Origin: Tepidisphaera sp.
GTDB taxonomy: Bacteria; Planctomycetota; Phycisphaerae; Phycisphaerales; UBA1924
Reading direction: 5' to 3'
Assembly (NCBI GenBank): GCA_050916045.1
Contig: CP051526.1
Span: 1,184,001 to 1,248,000, forward strand
DNA: 64,000 nucleotides
This document shows, one piece after another, positions 61,283-64,000 of the stretch. Position numbers and translations under genes: made by a program. The notes below the pieces were generated by a model. It worked only from the letters and a program-made list of their open reading frames with translations, searched no databases and was not told the origin of the DNA. How positions within the stretch are numbered: the first letter of the stretch is position 1; the number at the start of each line of letters is the position of its first letter.

Positions 61283-61531
61283 ATGCAATCAGAAGTTCGA
61301 ATCGAAAGGCTTGAACGGGCGGTACGTCAATTAACTCTGGCTGTGGTTGCGGCGACGGCATTTGGAATGGGGTGCTTTCTGACTGGTCTTGGTGTGCCCG
61401 CCCAGGCACCGACGTTCCAGCCCGTGGCCGTAGATAATCCTGCAGGATTTGTCGTTCTGCCGGGAAGCATGAACGGAAACAGGCTAAATGGTCTTCAGGT
61501 TGACTATACGGTTGTTCAGAAGAATCCGTGA
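61283..61531 (+). CDS. Small membrane-anchored hypothetical protein
   Basis: AGGAG RBS; RIERLER coiled start then hydrophobic segment; low GC. Confidence 0.55.
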   Translation: MQSEVRIERLERAVRQLTLAVVAATAFGMGCFLTGLGVPAQAPTFQPVAVDNPAGFVVLPGSMNGNRLNGLQVDYTVVQKNP

Positions 61532-62317
61532 AAATGGAGGTATGCGAGGCATTTATAGAAATAGGTACCCAAAGCGATCAGATGGAAGATAAGTTTACGG
61601 GCTCAATTGAAGAATTAAAGACCGCACTGGCCAATGCGGGATACTCGAGGGCATGGTCGGAGCTTGCCCACGGACAATCGCAGTTCCGCGCTAAAGACGG
61701 TTCTGTCTTGAATTGGTGGACGAATAGTGGCACACTCACCACCCAAGGTAGCAAGGAGCCGGCAGAGAAGCTTCGACTTGCAGTTCTTGACCATCTTGGA
61801 GTTGGAACGTCTCCGGGTCCTGCTGGTCGAGCCTTGACCAGATCGAAGAGACAGATTTTTGTTGTGCACGGACATGATGACGTCACGAGATCAACTGGAA
61901 TTGGCATTGCGGCGCTTGGGCCTTGAGCCGTTCATTTTAATGAACTCCTCGGGTGACGGCAAGACCATCATCGAATCGCTTGAAGGACATATTGGACGTG
62001 ACTATTCGTCAGACTTCGGAATTGTTCTGATGACGCCTGATGACATGGGCTACGCAAAGCGTGAGGGCGACACAAAGTCGGAACCGCGAGCACGGCAAAA
62101 TGTTATTCTTGAAACGGGGATGCTCTTGGCGTCCTTGACAAGAAATCGAATGGCATTGCTGGTCAAGGGGCATCTGGAAATTCCATCTGACCTGCAGGGC
62201 ATCATTCGATTGCCGTTTAATGACTCCATAAAGGATGTCATACCCAAGCTTTGCCTGAGGCTCCGGGAAGCGGGAATCGAACTCGATCAGGCCAAAATCT
62301 CCGATGCGTGTTCTTGA
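61528..62317 (+). pseudogene. TIR-like nucleotide-binding protein (CAP12/Pycsar-type TIR), split by a frameshift near 61879-61886
   Basis: Frame 1 ends ...IFVVHGHD; frame 2 continues RDQLELALRRLGLEPFIL, TIIE, LMTPDDMG, RARQNVILETG, EIPSDLQGI; start 61528 or 61582. Confidence 0.8.
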
Positions 62318-62340
62318 GGGCCGGCATGTGTTTGCGAGAT

Positions 62341-63693
62341 TTACTTCCGAACCTCTTCAGTATCCGGAGCCGGCACTTCGATCTCGATCCACACCGGGAA
62401 GTGATCGCTCGGGAACGCCGGCTTGTCGAAAGGCGAGCCGGCGGGGGTCGGAGAAACCGGCGAACCTGTGGGCGAGCCTGCGGCCGCCCCTGGAGGTATG
62501 GTCGCGTGAGCGGCGGGCTTGCCCGTCACCGGCGCGTGCCGCCACACCCCAGAATTCAGCACCTTCACCGACTTGCTCGGTAGCGCGTAATCCACCCGAA
62601 GCTTGAACATCGCGGTGTCCCACGGATCAAGCCCCTCGATCTTCACATCGCTCTCGGGCACGACCGCCGAGTTCACGTGCCGCGACTTGAAAAGCATCTT
62701 CGCGATCGGGCTCCGGAACGAGTCGCCGTCCTTCGGATCGGCGTTGAGGTCGCCGAGCACGACGAAGGGGATCGTCACGCCCACCAGCGGGCCTTCCTTC
62801 CGCATGATCAGCCCGCCCTCCAGGCCCTTGTCATCCACCACGCCCGGTAGATTGTCGATGTAGTCGCGGATCAGGCGGATCTCATCGTGGTTGCGACGCT
62901 TGTTCCGCATCTCCGGCCCGTCGAACGCCGGCGGCGTCGGGTGGCTGCAAAGCACGCGAAGCTCCGCGCCGTTGGGCAGCTTGACCGGCACGTCCCACAG
63001 GCTCTTGCTCGAAAGCCGCATCGCGGTCTTGGCTTCCCCCGCGTACCAGTCTGTCCCGTCCGCCGCCAGCGGCATCAGGTTCCCCGGCATGTAGTCCCAC
63101 GGATAAAGCTGAAAGGTCCGCACGTGCTCCGCATCGATCGTGAGCCGCTCATCGACGAGGAGCGTCATCGCGTACTGCCCCGGAAACGTCCCGAATCCCC
63201 AGCAGTCGTTGCCGAACGCGCGGCCCTCGGGCGTCTGATCGCCGGGTGAACCGTCGGGCTTGGTTCCTGGCGGCACCGGATAGGTGTTCGTGACCTTGCC
63301 GTCGCGATCGAGGTCAAACCCGCTGAAGAGGCCGGTGTTGCTTGGCGCGGTGAACGCTTTGTACTTGATGGGCTTGACGTCCGTCGCCTGCGCAACCGCG
63401 AGGAAGGTGTCGGCGAAGCGCTGACCGTTCTGCCCCTCAGGGTCGCCTTCCTTGTATCCCGGCGCGCCCTTCATGTCGTACGCGACCTCGTTCAGCAGGA
63501 TGATGTTTGGCCGGATCCGCTGGATGACCTCGGCAAGACGCCGAAGCCGGGCGTGCGCGGGGTCCCGAAGGTCCTCGGTCCGAACGTCCTCCACGTTGAA
63601 CGTCGCGACCCGAATGACCACCGGCCCCGCCGGGGCGCGGTCCGCCGCCGGAGCGGCCAACGCGGAGATCACGAGAGCAAGGCTCGAAAGCAT
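62341..63693 (-). CDS. Secreted endonuclease/exonuclease/phosphatase family protein
   Basis: VATFNV, LLNEV, RLSSKS, SHPTPPAFDG, GDLNAD, RVDY, SDHFPVW. Confidence 0.9.
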   Translation of the reverse strand: MLSSLALVISALAAPAADRAPAGPVVIRVATFNVEDVRTEDLRDPAHARLRRLAEVIQRIRPNIILLNEVAYDMKGAPGYKEGDPEGQNGQRFADTFLAVAQATDVKPIKYKAFTAPSNTGLFSGFDLDRDGKVTNTYPVPPGTKPDGSPGDQTPEGRAFGNDCWGFGTFPGQYAMTLLVDERLTIDAEHVRTFQLYPWDYMPGNLMPLAADGTDWYAGEAKTAMRLSSKSLWDVPVKLPNGAELRVLCSHPTPPAFDGPEMRNKRRNHDEIRLIRDYIDNLPGVVDDKGLEGGLIMRKEGPLVGVTIPFVVLGDLNADPKDGDSFRSPIAKMLFKSRHVNSAVVPESDVKIEGLDPWDTAMFKLRVDYALPSKSVKVLNSGVWRHAPVTGKPAAHATIPPGAAAGSPTGSPVSPTPAGSPFDKPAFPSDHFPVWIEIEVPAPDTEEVRK

Positions 63694-63898
63694 CGGCCGA
63701 AGGGTACCCGCGCGTTATCGGTGTGGCCGCGATCTGACGCCCGGGAGGGTCGCTCCGCGTGCGCCGTCCTTGATGGTCCAGGAGCCCGGCCACCCCTTCG
63801 CGCAAGATCAACCGGCCCCGACCGCGGGTCGATGAGGTCAACTGGGGGTCGGCCCCGCCGCGCCGGGTCGCGGCGCCGAGCACCCCGGGAGACCCACG

Positions 63899-64000
63899 AT
63901 GGCCGCCGAGGAAAAGAAGGAAGCCGCCCCCGCAGAAGCGGCACCCAAGAAAAAGGGCTCCAAGCTCCCCATCATCATCGCCGGACTCATGATCGTCGAG
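63899..64000 (+). CDS. 5' part of a membrane-anchored protein, FliL-like N-terminus (cut by window end)
   Basis: GGAG RBS; MAAEEKKEAAPAEAAPKKKGSKLPIIIAGLMIVE. Confidence 0.45.
   Translation, partial: MAAEEKKEAAPAEAAPKKKGSKLPIIIAGLMIVE

Noticed and set aside
61856..61890. Programmed ribosomal frameshift in the TIR gene
   Set aside because: No slippery heptamer or homopolymer at the junction; the T5 run lies upstream of the conserved HGHD; an indel is simpler

Overview
High-GC bacterial chromosomal window, very likely Planctomycetota (Phycisphaerales-like), judged from a dockerin-type C-terminal protein, an H-X9-DG prepilin and the style of the Lpt and T2SS genes. It holds about 60 CDS, mostly housekeeping: typA, fabI, nadC, birA, mfd, rsmE, yggS, arfB, pgeF, tdh, xylB, galK, an Hsp70 and an ABC-F. 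Envelope loci include LptD-like / Spinster-type MFS / giant LptA-C-like genes, an SBP-OmpA fusion and a Tat-lipoprotein amidase. A T2SS-like pseudopilus operon (F-G-I-J-K-C-L-M-TPR) lies next to a divergent dockerin-protein / H-X9-DG-pilin pair that shares a Fur-box-like palindrome. Non-coding features: a 16-unit 21-bp tandem array with palindromic units between the lptD-like and DegT genes, two identical 24-bp REP-like hairpins 45 kb apart, three 18-bp operator boxes upstream of a membrane-protein/XRE pair, and TAnnnT -10 hexamers 5-7 nt before many ATGs (probably leaderless genes). Near the right end a lower-GC islet carries a frameshifted TIR-domain gene. I saw no rRNA, tRNA, CRISPR array, integrase or transposase. 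All product calls come from motif recognition by eye; no database searches were run.
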